Source of the DNA: a virus
Taxonomy: Duplodnaviria; Caudoviricetes
Reading direction: 5' to 3' (one strand)
Virus record (IMG/VR): IMGVR_UViG_3300012346_000058
Span: 1-36,868 of that record
DNA: 36,868 bases
The position numbers were made by a program, and so were the translations under genes. Shown here piece after piece: positions 25,329 through 34,302 of the stretch (positions are counted from its first letter, which is position 1; each line of letters begins with the position of its first letter). Below the pieces are notes generated by a model, which was given only the letters and a program-made list of their open reading frames with translations, was not told where the DNA came from and searched no databases.

Positions 25329-26840
25329 ATGCCTATCTACGAATACAAAGGACAGCAGTATGATCTTGCTGATGGCTTATCTAACGAGCAGGCACTGAGT
25401 AAGATCAAAGCTTATGTGGGAGAGGAAACAGCCCCTGTCGGTGGAGGGCGTACAACAATGGCTAACGATCCTCGCCGTGCAGATGTTGCCCAACCTCGTA
25501 CCTTAGCTCAAGAAGCAGGCCGACAAGTAGCCATGACAGGAAGGACTTTATACGAAGCCTTCACTGCTCCTGCTACGGCAGTCTTAGACTTTGGTTCAGG
25601 CTTGTACAACCTCGGAGCTAACCTTGTTGGTTCTGATTCCCGTCTGCCTTACGCATCACAACAGCAAGCAGCAATGCTGTCACAGGTAGCTCCTGCTCCT
25701 GAGACAACAGCAGAGAAGTTTGCTCAAGGTGGTGTGTCTGCGCTCACGAGCCAAGCAGGTCTTGCTAAACTCGCTCCTTCGACCGCAGGTCAGTTATCAC
25801 GTAGTCTCCCTGCTGCTGCCGCTGGTGGCGCTGTAGCGGAACCTGCTGCTGAGTTGGCTACTGATATTACAGGCAACCCATTGGTAGGCACAGCAGTAGG
25901 CTTAGGTTCATCCTTAGTCGCAGGTGCTGTTGGCGGTAAAGCAGGAGGTATGCTTGAGCCTAAAGCTCAGACTTTCTCTATCCCTGAAGTTAAGGCCAGA
26001 GCAGCTAAGAACTATGCCATGATGGATGAAGCAGGGGTTACTGTTAAGCCTAAAAGTGCTTTAGACATGGTGGGTTCGCTGCGTAACGACTTAGCAAATA
26101 ATAACTATATCCCTAAGACAGATACTAAAGTTGCTAATGCTTTAGAGACATTTGAAGAGATTATCGGTACTGAGCGTGTTCCATTCAACAAGCTTGAGAA
26201 GCTTCGCTCTATCGCTACTAACCTGTCTAACGACAATGATTCCAACACTCGCCGCTTAGGTAAAGTAATGGTTGATGGTATAGATGATTACTTAGGCAGC
26301 TTAACAGGCCGTGATGTTATCGCAGGTAAAGAGGGTCTGGATAAAGCAGTTCAATCTGTGATGTCTGCCCGTAAGGACTGGAGAGCAGCAAGTAAAGCTC
26401 AGGTTGTTCAGGATGCTTTTAATGTGGCTGAAGCACGAGCTTTAAACCCTAAGAAATCCGAAGCTGATCTGATTCGTGGGCAGATTGAGAATATCTTGGC
26501 TAACCCAAAGAAGGCTAAGATGTTTACAACTGCTGAAATCAATGCTATGAAATCTACGGTTAACGGTGGCCCTGTGGATACAGTTCTGTCAGTGCTGGCC
26601 CGTTTCGATCCACGTAAGAGTAGCTTGTCTGCCGCTGGTGCAGGCGGTGCTGTGATCTATGATCCTGTTATTGGTGGTTCTTTAGCCTTGGGCGGTATGG
26701 CAGCAGATACAGCTTTGAGTATTGCTAAACGGCGACAGCTTGAAGCACTCACACGGTCTATTGCTTCTGGCACTACTCAAGATGTACCTAATTACAAATA
26801 TCAAGGCCTTCTGGGTGGCGTAATTGGCTTACAGCCTTAA
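25329..26840 (+). CDS. internal virion (ejection) protein
   Basis: Gly/Ala hydrophobic stretches; third of three such genes. Confidence 0.6.
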   Translation: MPIYEYKGQQYDLADGLSNEQALSKIKAYVGEETAPVGGGRTTMANDPRRADVAQPRTLAQEAGRQVAMTGRTLYEAFTAPATAVLDFGSGLYNLGANLVGSDSRLPYASQQQAAMLSQVAPAPETTAEKFAQGGVSALTSQAGLAKLAPSTAGQLSRSLPAAAAGGAVAEPAAELATDITGNPLVGTAVGLGSSLVAGAVGGKAGGMLEPKAQTFSIPEVKARAAKNYAMMDEAGVTVKPKSALDMVGSLRNDLANNNYIPKTDTKVANALETFEEIIGTERVPFNKLEKLRSIATNLSNDNDSNTRRLGKVMVDGIDDYLGSLTGRDVIAGKEGLDKAVQSVMSARKDWRAASKAQVVQDAFNVAEARALNPKKSEADLIRGQIENILANPKKAKMFTTAEINAMKSTVNGGPVDTVLSVLARFDPRKSSLSAAGAGGAVIYDPVIGGSLALGGMAADTALSIAKRRQLEALTRSIASGTTQDVPNYKYQGLLGGVIGLQP

Positions 26841-26849
26841 GGAACAATA

Positions 26850-27233
26850 ATGACATTCGCATTAGGACAACGAAGCAAGGACAGACTCTCCGGAGTCCAT
26901 CCCGACATGGTAAAGGTCATTGAGGAGGCTATCAAAGAGTCTCCTTTGGACTTCTCCATCACTGAAGGCTTACGCACCAAGGAGCGCCAGAAGGAACTCT
27001 TTGATGCGGGTAAGTCTCAGACCATGAACAGCAGACACATCACAGGTAAAGCTGTGGACATTGCTGTTCTGGTTGATGGTAAAGTTACATGGGACTTCCC
27101 TCACTACCAGACAGTAGCAGATCATATCAAGAAAGTAGCCAAAGAGCTAGGTATTGATATTGTCTGGGGTGGTGATTGGCAATCCTTCAAAGATGGCCCT
27201 CACTTTGAACTGCACCGTAGCGTGTACCCGTGA
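26850..27233 (+). CDS. endolysin, M15 family L-Ala-D-Glu peptidase
   Basis: ITEGLRTKERQ, SRHITGKAVD, WGGDW..FKDGPHFEL. Confidence 0.93.
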   Translation: MTFALGQRSKDRLSGVHPDMVKVIEEAIKESPLDFSITEGLRTKERQKELFDAGKSQTMNSRHITGKAVDIAVLVDGKVTWDFPHYQTVADHIKKVAKELGIDIVWGGDWQSFKDGPHFELHRSVYP

Positions 27234-27239
27234 GGACAT

Positions 27240-27740
27240 ATGATTGATCCTTTTACAGCCCTAGCAGCGGTGCAGACCGCTGTAAAACTGGTAAAGAAGA
27301 CTGTAGAGACTATCCGTGATGTGGAGAGCCTTGGCCCTGTCTTAGGTAAGTACTTTGACGCTAAGTCTCAAGCTATTGAGGTTGTTCAGGCATCCAAGGC
27401 TAAGGGCTTTAAAGGCTCTTCCTTGGGGCAAGCTATCGAGTTAGAGTTAGCCATTGAGCAAGCCGTTCAGTTTGAGAAGCAAGTGGAGATGTTATTCTTC
27501 CAATCTAACAAGATGGATGTATGGGCTAAGATCAAGGCCAGAGCAGCAGCAACAGAGAAGGCTTACGCTGAACAGCAACGCTTGGATAAGGCATTGGCTG
27601 CACGTAAGAAGCAAGAGGCTAGAGAGGCTACAGAAATAGCCATTGCCATTGTCTTGTTTGCTTGCATCATTGGCTTTGTAGGCTACAGCGTCTATGAGAT
27701 ATTAGTTCACTGCAAGAACAACTCCTGCGGATATAGATAA
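27240..27740 (+). CDS. hypothetical membrane-anchored protein of the lysis region
   Basis: MIDPFTALAA; coiled coil; C-terminal TM. Confidence 0.7.
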   Translation: MIDPFTALAAVQTAVKLVKKTVETIRDVESLGPVLGKYFDAKSQAIEVVQASKAKGFKGSSLGQAIELELAIEQAVQFEKQVEMLFFQSNKMDVWAKIKARAAATEKAYAEQQRLDKALAARKKQEAREATEIAIAIVLFACIIGFVGYSVYEILVHCKNNSCGYR

Positions 27741-27752
27741 TAAAGGTAAGGT

Positions 27753-28160
27753 ATGATATTAGAATCATTGTTAGGTATTGGTACTAAGCTCATCGACAAG
27801 TTAATCCCTGATCCTGCTGCCAAGGCTGAAGCTCAGTTGAAGCTGGCACAGATGGCTCAGGACGGTGAACTGGCTAAGATGGCTAACGAGACTGACCTGT
27901 ATAAGACAGAACAGAATAACCTCACAGAGCGTCAACAAGCAGACATGGCTAGTGACTCTTGGTTGTCCAAGAACATTCGTCCACTGACCCTTGTGGCTAT
28001 CTTTACAGGCTACTTCACCTTCGGCATCATGGATGCTAACGGCATCAAAGCTAACGAATCCTATGTCCAGTTACTTGGTCAATGGGGTATGTTGGTAATG
28101 AGCTTCTACTTCGGTGGTCGCACGTTAGAGAAGATCATGGAAATGAAGGGGAAGAAGTGA
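27753..28160 (+). CDS. holin (3TM/GTA-type family)
   Basis: LIDKLIPDP, SDSWLSKNIRP, SFYFGGRTLEK. Confidence 0.8.
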   Translation: MILESLLGIGTKLIDKLIPDPAAKAEAQLKLAQMAQDGELAKMANETDLYKTEQNNLTERQQADMASDSWLSKNIRPLTLVAIFTGYFTFGIMDANGIKANESYVQLLGQWGMLVMSFYFGGRTLEKIMEMKGKK

Positions 28161-28161
28161 C

Positions 28162-28389
28162 ATGGAACAGAAGGATGTATCCCATAATGAAATCTATGAG
28201 CGACTATGTAAGGTAGAAGCTAAGGTAGATAAGGTAGCTCAGGACACAGAAGGAATGGTAGCAGCCTTTAACGCTGCCTCTGGAGCCTTTACCGTCCTTG
28301 AGTGGGTAGCTAAGGTTGCTAAACCTCTGCTCTGGATTGTTGCTACTATCGCTGCTTTCGTGACCATCGCGCACAACAGCAAACCATAA
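28162..28389 (+). CDS. small coiled-coil plus TM protein
   Basis: YERLCKVEAKVD followed by a C-terminal hydrophobic helix. Confidence 0.65.
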   Translation: MEQKDVSHNEIYERLCKVEAKVDKVAQDTEGMVAAFNAASGAFTVLEWVAKVAKPLLWIVATIAAFVTIAHNSKP

Positions 28390-28395
28390 ACAACT

Positions 28396-28433
28396 AAGGC
28401 CCGTTAGAGTTCATCGCTCTAACGGGCCTTTTT
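28396..28433. terminator. bidirectional terminator between the two genome arms
   Basis: Perfect 14-bp stem AAGGCCCGTTAGAG/CTCTAACGGGCCTT between convergent stops; T-tract on +, weaker U-rich tail on -. Confidence 0.88.
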
Positions 28434-29062
28434 CATTCTACCTCAACTTTAACCTTTTTAGGCTTTGGTGGCATCTGGAGAGCAGCGAGATACTTGTATC
28501 GCTTCACCATCCGCTTACCTGCCTCTTCAGCGTCAAACCAGAACTCCTTACCATTCTTCAGCTCATCCAGCTCCTTATCGGTCAAGAACCCTTTGTAGGC
28601 TTGATCAAGAAGCTTGTTGATCTGTCGTGTAGCGAACTCAGTCTGTCCTTTGACATTCGGCACAGTACCGATGGAACCATAATGAGCAGTATGAAGCATA
28701 AACTCAGCACTATCAGCAATGTAGCACTCAGGAGCCATACAAGCCAGCATACTAGCTGCTGAATACGCAGCACCGATAACTGTAACAGATACATCACCAC
28801 GACATCCTTTCATTGCTTCGATGATCTGCCAGATACTATCTGTGCGTCCACCTGAGCTGTTTACCAATAGATTTACCGAGTCATTCTCGCCACAAGTAGC
28901 CAAGCAATGAATGACATCACGGTAGTTACGGGGATCGGTAATATCATCATCAATGAACACCAAGTGCGTGTGCATTTGCTGAGTGATAGTGCGGATCAGC
29001 CCTTTCTGCTCCTGAGGCATCATCAGGAAGTCTTCCAAACTTTCGTTAGCTTTCTTGTTCAT
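28433..29062 (-). CDS. ClpP-like serine protease
   Basis: VNSSGG, AYSAAS (Ser), FMLH (His), WFDAEEA. Confidence 0.85.
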   Translation of the reverse strand: MNKKANESLEDFLMMPQEQKGLIRTITQQMHTHLVFIDDDITDPRNYRDVIHCLATCGENDSVNLLVNSSGGRTDSIWQIIEAMKGCRGDVSVTVIGAAYSAASMLACMAPECYIADSAEFMLHTAHYGSIGTVPNVKGQTEFATRQINKLLDQAYKGFLTDKELDELKNGKEFWFDAEEAGKRMVKRYKYLAALQMPPKPKKVKVEVE

Positions 29063-29805
29063 TCGCCATCCTCATATTTAACTCGGGCAATAATATAGTT
29101 CTTAACCAATGAGCTACGAACAATATCCTCGATGTGAAACTCAATCCGAATGAACTCCTTCATCAGTCCTGCGATGTCAAAGAACTTCAAGATACCACTC
29201 TTGTCATCCTTCTTCTTCAGGTCAGTCTGTCGGTAGTCACCACAGAAGATAATCTTGGACTTGTCACCAACACGGGTAATGATGGTGTCCAGTTCCTCGA
29301 AGGTCATGTTTTGTACTTCGTCCACAACGATAATACTATTACTGAAGGTTGTCCCTCGAATGAACGAGGTAGAGACAAACTCAATATGTCCTTGCTCGAC
29401 CAGTCGATCCCAAGCATCCTTACGCTTGAACAAGTCACTACAGATTTGACGGTAAGGTTGAATGTACACTTCCATCTTTTCATCTGCATCTCCCGGCAAA
29501 AAGCCCATGTCCCGGCCTTGAACACTACTACGGATGATAGTCACCTTGTTGAAGGGATTGTTACGATCCATAGCCTCTTCCAAGGCTTTGTACAAGGCAA
29601 TGTATGTCTTACCTGTACCTGCTACACCATGCAATGCCATGAAGTAGTTACTTGCCTGATACGCCTCGAAGAAGTCCATCTGCTTCTCAGTCTTAGGCTT
29701 GATAACTGTCATGTCATCCAGCTTCAACTTCAAGCTGTTACTCACCTTCTCTCGTGGAGTCAGTTCCTTTGCTGGAATAGCTCTGTTCATTTGCTTAGTT
29801 GCCAT
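29059..29805 (-). CDS. phoH: PhoH family ATPase
   Basis: GVAGTGKT, MGFLPG, FIRGTTF, VDEVQN, ITRVG, GDYRQTD, IVRS. Confidence 0.95.
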   Translation of the reverse strand: MATKQMNRAIPAKELTPREKVSNSLKLKLDDMTVIKPKTEKQMDFFEAYQASNYFMALHGVAGTGKTYIALYKALEEAMDRNNPFNKVTIIRSSVQGRDMGFLPGDADEKMEVYIQPYRQICSDLFKRKDAWDRLVEQGHIEFVSTSFIRGTTFSNSIIVVDEVQNMTFEELDTIITRVGDKSKIIFCGDYRQTDLKKKDDKSGILKFFDIAGLMKEFIRIEFHIEDIVRSSLVKNYIIARVKYEDGE

Positions 29806-29813
29806 ATTCTCCC

Positions 29814-29996
29814 TTATTCGTTAATAAACACCACATGAGGCATCTGTCGCACCTGTGGGAATTCTTCAAGGAACTCCTCACGGGTAATGTCTCGACCTAC
29901 ATTGATCTCTGTAAAGGACTCGCCCTCCTTAGTCAGGCGAGCCTTCAGAGCCGTACAAGCAGGGCAGCTATCCTTGCTGTAGACTACAATCTTCAT
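29814..29996 (-). CDS. glutaredoxin (RNR reductant)
   Basis: VYSKDSCPAC...QMPHVVF. Confidence 0.9.
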   Translation of the reverse strand: MKIVVYSKDSCPACTALKARLTKEGESFTEINVGRDITREEFLEEFPQVRQMPHVVFINE

Positions 29997-30169
29997 TCAT
30001 ACACCTTTTCTGAAGTTTTCATTGTTAAAGACATTGATTTCATAAAAGTAATTGAATTATACAGTTTGATAATTCCTTCTAAAACAGGAATAGGGTTAAC
30101 TTCATGGTCATCAGCTTCTTCCATTTCAAAATCAACATCAATATCGCAGTAACTAAACTGAACTTTCAT
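29993..30169 (-). CDS. 58-aa hypothetical protein (not in track)
   Basis: AAGGAG RBS; MKVQFSYCDIDVDF...; ATGA overlap with the glutaredoxin gene; AT-rich. Confidence 0.55.
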   Translation of the reverse strand: MKVQFSYCDIDVDFEMEEADDHEVNPIPVLEGIIKLYNSITFMKSMSLTMKTSEKVYE

Positions 30170-30448
30170 TCAATCTCCTTTAAAGAGTTCTTCAGCTAAC
30201 AGGTATCCCTCTAAAGGCCACATCTTGTTAATAGCATCCTCGTAGGCATACTTTTCACCCAACATTTTATTGTATTTGGACTTATCAACACAAGCACTTG
30301 TGCCTAAGATAACATACCCATTATTAATAAAAAGCTGACAAATTGTAGTAGTTGTGTCAGGAAGCAATGTATACTCAGTTTTAGTAACCTTAGATAGCAT
30401 ATAATCTAAAGTTACAGTTGTTCTTTTAGTTTCAATTATTTCATTCAT
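30170..30448 (-). CDS. N4 gp49/Sf6 gp66 family protein (candidate nucleotide-signal sponge)
   Basis: TTICQL..NNGYVILGTSACVD..Y...GEKYAYEDAINKMWPLEGYLL. Confidence 0.8.
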   Translation of the reverse strand: MNEIIETKRTTVTLDYMLSKVTKTEYTLLPDTTTTICQLFINNGYVILGTSACVDKSKYNKMLGEKYAYEDAINKMWPLEGYLLAEELFKGD

Positions 30449-30461
30449 GTTAATCTCCTAG

Positions 30462-32174
30462 TTAAGCATGGCAGGCCACACATTCACCTGAGCTGGCGCT
30501 GACACCAGCCTTGGTACGAATGTAATACAGACTCAAGATACGAGGGTCTTTAAACGCTGCCTTGTGGACAGAGCTAATGTGTTCCTCTGGATCATCTGCA
30601 CCGAAGAACAGATTGATGGATTGACCTTGGCAGATGTACTGCTGTCGATCAGAAGCCTGCTGAAGGATCACATATGGATCAATCTCAAAGGCTGTCTTGA
30701 ATACATCTTTCTCTTCATCGGTCATCCATGATACATGCTGGATAGAACCATCGTGGCTTGCAATCTCAAGCAAGGTCTCACGACTGTACACACCTTCACG
30801 CTTCATGATTTCCAGCAGCTCAGGCACTACTCGGATTGTTTCTCCACCTGCTCCCTGCTGTACGAATACGTTTCCAATAAACGGCTCAATACCTTGTGAT
30901 ACCCCGCCCATAAGCTGGCTTGTTGACATGGTGGGAGCAACAGCAAGGCGGTGTGTATTGCGGACTCCAAATCCTTTGCAGTATACAGGCTCCCCAAGTT
31001 GCTCTGCGAGATACCTGCTTGCCCATGTTGACTTCTTGTTAAGTGCATTGAAAATCTCCACATTAAGTTTCTGAGCTTGGAAGCTACCGAAAGGGATCAT
31101 CCGCTTATGCAGCAGTGAGTGCCAACCTAAGACACCTAAGCCTAGCGCACGGCTCTTTTCAGTACTCGCCAACGCCTTTTCAAAGCCTCTCTTACCAGCA
31201 GCCATCGACAGGAACTCACTAGTAACACAATCAAGAAATACTGTCGCAACATAGATAGCATCCGTGTCCTTCCACTCATCATACTTCTCCAAGTTCATAC
31301 TTGCCAAGATGCAAGTGAATGTCTCTTCCTCACCGCTGTGCAACATGATCTCTGTACACAGGTTAGAGGCTTTAACGTCCAAGCTATGGGCTTTGTACAT
31401 CTCAGGACGGGCATTGGCTACCTTATCGGTAAACAAGAAGTAACCCTTACCTGTCAGCATCTTCAGCTTCAAAGCCTTTTGATAGCGCTCAATGGCTTCA
31501 GGATGTCCTGAGTCCAGAGAGTCCATAAAGTCCTGACTGACTGTCCAACCTACGTTAGCATCATCAGGGTTATTCTTCACCCAATCAGCTAACTCGTGAA
31601 AGTCAGGGTGATCGATAGGAAGGTAACCTGCCCAAGCGCCTCGCCGTGCAACGCCTTGGGTAACACGCTTCATCGCATCAACATATGTTTGAAAAACTGG
31701 TAAAACGCCTGACGCAGTTCCTCCCGTCCCGATTTGTGAACCCCGGGGTCTAATATCTCCCAGATAGCCACTAGTGCCGAAGCCATTCTTTGTAAGCACT
31801 GCTGTATCAAGTAGTTCGCCATAAAAGTCAGCAACGCTATCGCCAATATACTGACCGCTACAAGCGACAGGCATACCTTTGTTAGTGCCAAGGTTAGCCA
31901 GCGTAGGCGTTGAAGGACTAAGCCAGCCGTTCCAAATAACTTCATAAAACTTACCTTTCCAATCAATACCATCTTTAGGTGCATGTTTAGCTGCTGTCTC
32001 AGCGATCTGCTCTGCACGATTCTTGAAGCTCGTAGAGCCTTCCATGTACTTAGACTTGAACAGACCCCATCCTCCGGTCTGATACCAGTTAGGCAGAAGC
32101 CCTTCCTTTTGCAGACGCTTACGCTCCGCACTCAAGAACTCATACTTGTTATCCAATACAGGTGTACTTACCAT
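30462..32174 (-). CDS. nrdA: ribonucleotide reductase class I alpha subunit, no ATP-cone
   Basis: PSTPTLAN, VACS, SNLCTEI, TCILAS, VAPTMS, QGQSINL, LYY, C-terminal ECVAC. Confidence 0.96.
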   Translation of the reverse strand: MVSTPVLDNKYEFLSAERKRLQKEGLLPNWYQTGGWGLFKSKYMEGSTSFKNRAEQIAETAAKHAPKDGIDWKGKFYEVIWNGWLSPSTPTLANLGTNKGMPVACSGQYIGDSVADFYGELLDTAVLTKNGFGTSGYLGDIRPRGSQIGTGGTASGVLPVFQTYVDAMKRVTQGVARRGAWAGYLPIDHPDFHELADWVKNNPDDANVGWTVSQDFMDSLDSGHPEAIERYQKALKLKMLTGKGYFLFTDKVANARPEMYKAHSLDVKASNLCTEIMLHSGEEETFTCILASMNLEKYDEWKDTDAIYVATVFLDCVTSEFLSMAAGKRGFEKALASTEKSRALGLGVLGWHSLLHKRMIPFGSFQAQKLNVEIFNALNKKSTWASRYLAEQLGEPVYCKGFGVRNTHRLAVAPTMSTSQLMGGVSQGIEPFIGNVFVQQGAGGETIRVVPELLEIMKREGVYSRETLLEIASHDGSIQHVSWMTDEEKDVFKTAFEIDPYVILQQASDRQQYICQGQSINLFFGADDPEEHISSVHKAAFKDPRILSLYYIRTKAGVSASSGECVACHA

Positions 32175-33124
32175 GTGAAAGCCTTTTCATTCCATTTACG
32201 GTTATATTGATTGCCAACCTTGGCGAAGAAATCATGGATGGTACTGGAGCTGATGCCCAAGTAGAACCACTCAGAGATTGTATCACCAGTTTCATCATAG
32301 ATAGCATCAAAGCCCAGATTACTCAAACAAATGTTAGCTCGTGCATTCACGAAAGCTTTCATGGCCTGAGCATTGATTCCTTCAATGTCCCCGTGAGAGA
32401 ACAACAGATCAACAATACGATGCTCATGGTCAACCAGTGCTCGTGCAGCTTGCTCAACTCGTGCCTTCATCCATGCCTTGTCCACCTTGTTCTCTTCCAT
32501 GTATGTACGGAACAACCAAGCACCTGCTTCATGGTGGATATTCTCATCCCGCACGGAGAAGTTAATACCTGCCACGAGGTTACTCAGCTTGTTCTTACCG
32601 TTACTCTGGAAGTGCTTCAGGAAAGCAAAGCTAGAGTACAGCACACAGCCTTCCATCATGCTAAAGACTGCCAAGGAAAGAGGAACATCCCGACCGCTAA
32701 CAATAGTGTCCAAGTATCCGATACGACTAGCCAGTACGGGATCGTATTGCCAAGACTGATGAAAGTCCTCAGTAGCCAAGCCCAGAAGTTCGTTAATGCG
32801 GTTGTAAAATCGTGCATGGACATTGCTTTCAAAGTAACAGAAGGCATCAGCCATCAAACCAATATCAGGATGCTGGAAGTTAGGTTTAACAGTACCAGAC
32901 CAATACTCGTCACCAACGATACGTTCGTACTTGGTAAAGAGCTTGAGTGAGGTAGTCACGCCATGTCGTTCACTGGGAGTAAAGTCGGTGAGGATGCTGT
33001 GTACATCTTTCTCCAAGTCAATCTCATCAAATGTCCAGAATACACCGTTCTGTTTATCGGCAAAGGCCAGAGCCTCTGGATAGTCAAAGGTGTACACATC
33101 CTTCTTCGTTAGCAGGTTTCTCAT
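32168..33124 (-). CDS. nrdB: ribonucleotide reductase class I beta subunit
   Basis: FWTFDEI, ESNVHARFY, MEGCVLYSSF, RDENIH, HDFF. Confidence 0.95.
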   Translation of the reverse strand: MRNLLTKKDVYTFDYPEALAFADKQNGVFWTFDEIDLEKDVHSILTDFTPSERHGVTTSLKLFTKYERIVGDEYWSGTVKPNFQHPDIGLMADAFCYFESNVHARFYNRINELLGLATEDFHQSWQYDPVLASRIGYLDTIVSGRDVPLSLAVFSMMEGCVLYSSFAFLKHFQSNGKNKLSNLVAGINFSVRDENIHHEAGAWLFRTYMEENKVDKAWMKARVEQAARALVDHEHRIVDLLFSHGDIEGINAQAMKAFVNARANICLSNLGFDAIYDETGDTISEWFYLGISSSTIHDFFAKVGNQYNRKWNEKAFTW

Positions 33125-33276
33125 TCAATTTCTTTCGTTAGTTGTTCTTGTTTATCTTCAATATAGTCTTCAAAGCGTTCAATGATGTCATCACTGTGGA
33201 TGTCTAACAACTCCAGCAGTGTGACTTCATCGACTCGTTGAAGCTTCTCTTTCAGTTCTTCAAACGTCAGATTCAT
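33121..33276 (-). CDS. 51-aa acidic hypothetical protein (not in track)
   Basis: MNLTFEELKEKLQRVDEVTLLELLDIHSDDIIERFED...; ATGA overlap with nrdB. Confidence 0.7.
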   Translation of the reverse strand: MNLTFEELKEKLQRVDEVTLLELLDIHSDDIIERFEDYIEDKQEQLTKEIE

Positions 33277-33278
33277 TT

Positions 33279-33836
33279 TTAACCATCCCAGCCTTCACGG
33301 AGAATTTCACCCGCTGCTAGTAGTTTGTAAAATTTGTTATTACACATTTTATGCTCCTTTTGTAAGGCTTTCTTACTTTGATAGTGAACACCTTGATAAG
33401 TATGCGGTATTTGCAGCTTCTTAGTATTCTCTTTACCTAATGCAGCACAACGAGCCTTAAAAACAAGTTCATTGTCTTTCTGCCACTGTACCAGAGATTT
33501 TGAGCTTTCCTTACCACCACGTGAACAAGATTCGGCTGTTGCAAATTTCTGAAGACGTTCACCTAAGCCTCTCCTAGTTTCTTTGTATAACTCAGAACGC
33601 TCCTGTCCTGCTTTCGCTGCTTCTAATCGAGCTTCTTCAGAAGTTATGCGTCCTGATAAACATTTCCATGCTATGAGGTCTTCCTTCTTTCCAAAGTCCT
33701 GCCAAAGTTGATAGTGAAAAGCTGCATGAACTTCAATTGAAATAGGAGGAGTTAGGTTATCTTCTTCGTCTAAACCTCCCATATGTCTAGGAATAAGGTG
33801 ATGCCTATGCTTTCTCTGTGTTGTCATAAGCTTCAA
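33279..33836 (-). CDS. HNH-type free-standing homing endonuclease
   Basis: HRHHLIPRHMGGLDEEDNL...HAAFH..LW; basic C-terminal region; AT-rich. Confidence 0.8.
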   Translation of the reverse strand: MKLMTTQRKHRHHLIPRHMGGLDEEDNLTPPISIEVHAAFHYQLWQDFGKKEDLIAWKCLSGRITSEEARLEAAKAGQERSELYKETRRGLGERLQKFATAESCSRGGKESSKSLVQWQKDNELVFKARCAALGKENTKKLQIPHTYQGVHYQSKKALQKEHKMCNNKFYKLLAAGEILREGWDG

Positions 33837-34302
33837 TTAACCAATTTAAATAAACACGAGCTTTCTTCAAGTCCTCGACACCATTCTTGTCCATGAATCG
33901 CATCAGGTATTGCATCATCTGAACATAGTCTGCAATGAACATAGGTTTAGCATTTTTAGGTAGTTTACCTACCAACCTCTCGATGACATCCCGCACTTCA
34001 ATGCCTTCTTTCAAGTAGGCAGTAGCGTTAACGAACTCGGCATCAAACAGCATATAGTGCTTAGGTTTCTCCACCGGATCATGGGTAATGCCTTTGTAGG
34101 ACACCCAGAAGTCTTCCCGAACTTGGTCAACTTCATCCTTAAACCATTCATCAATCGCCTCTTTAAGCGGCTGTGCTCCGTGACTTTGAGTCATATAAAT
34201 TGTTCCTTTAACATAGTTAGAATAGCCTGTGCAGGTAACACAAGGCGCTTCAAGGTCACGATCCATCAAAGCATAGAAACACGTATTACACTTGTTTTCC
34301 AT
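33805..34302 (-). CDS. DUF3310 (T7 gp1.7-like) protein with N-terminal Cys4 motif
   Basis: CNTC...CVTC; DPVEKPKHY, IEVRDVI, YLMR..KNGVEDLKKA..YL. Confidence 0.8.
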   Translation of the reverse strand: MENKCNTCFYALMDRDLEAPCVTCTGYSNYVKGTIYMTQSHGAQPLKEAIDEWFKDEVDQVREDFWVSYKGITHDPVEKPKHYMLFDAEFVNATAYLKEGIEVRDVIERLVGKLPKNAKPMFIADYVQMMQYLMRFMDKNGVEDLKKARVYLNWLIEAYDNTEKA

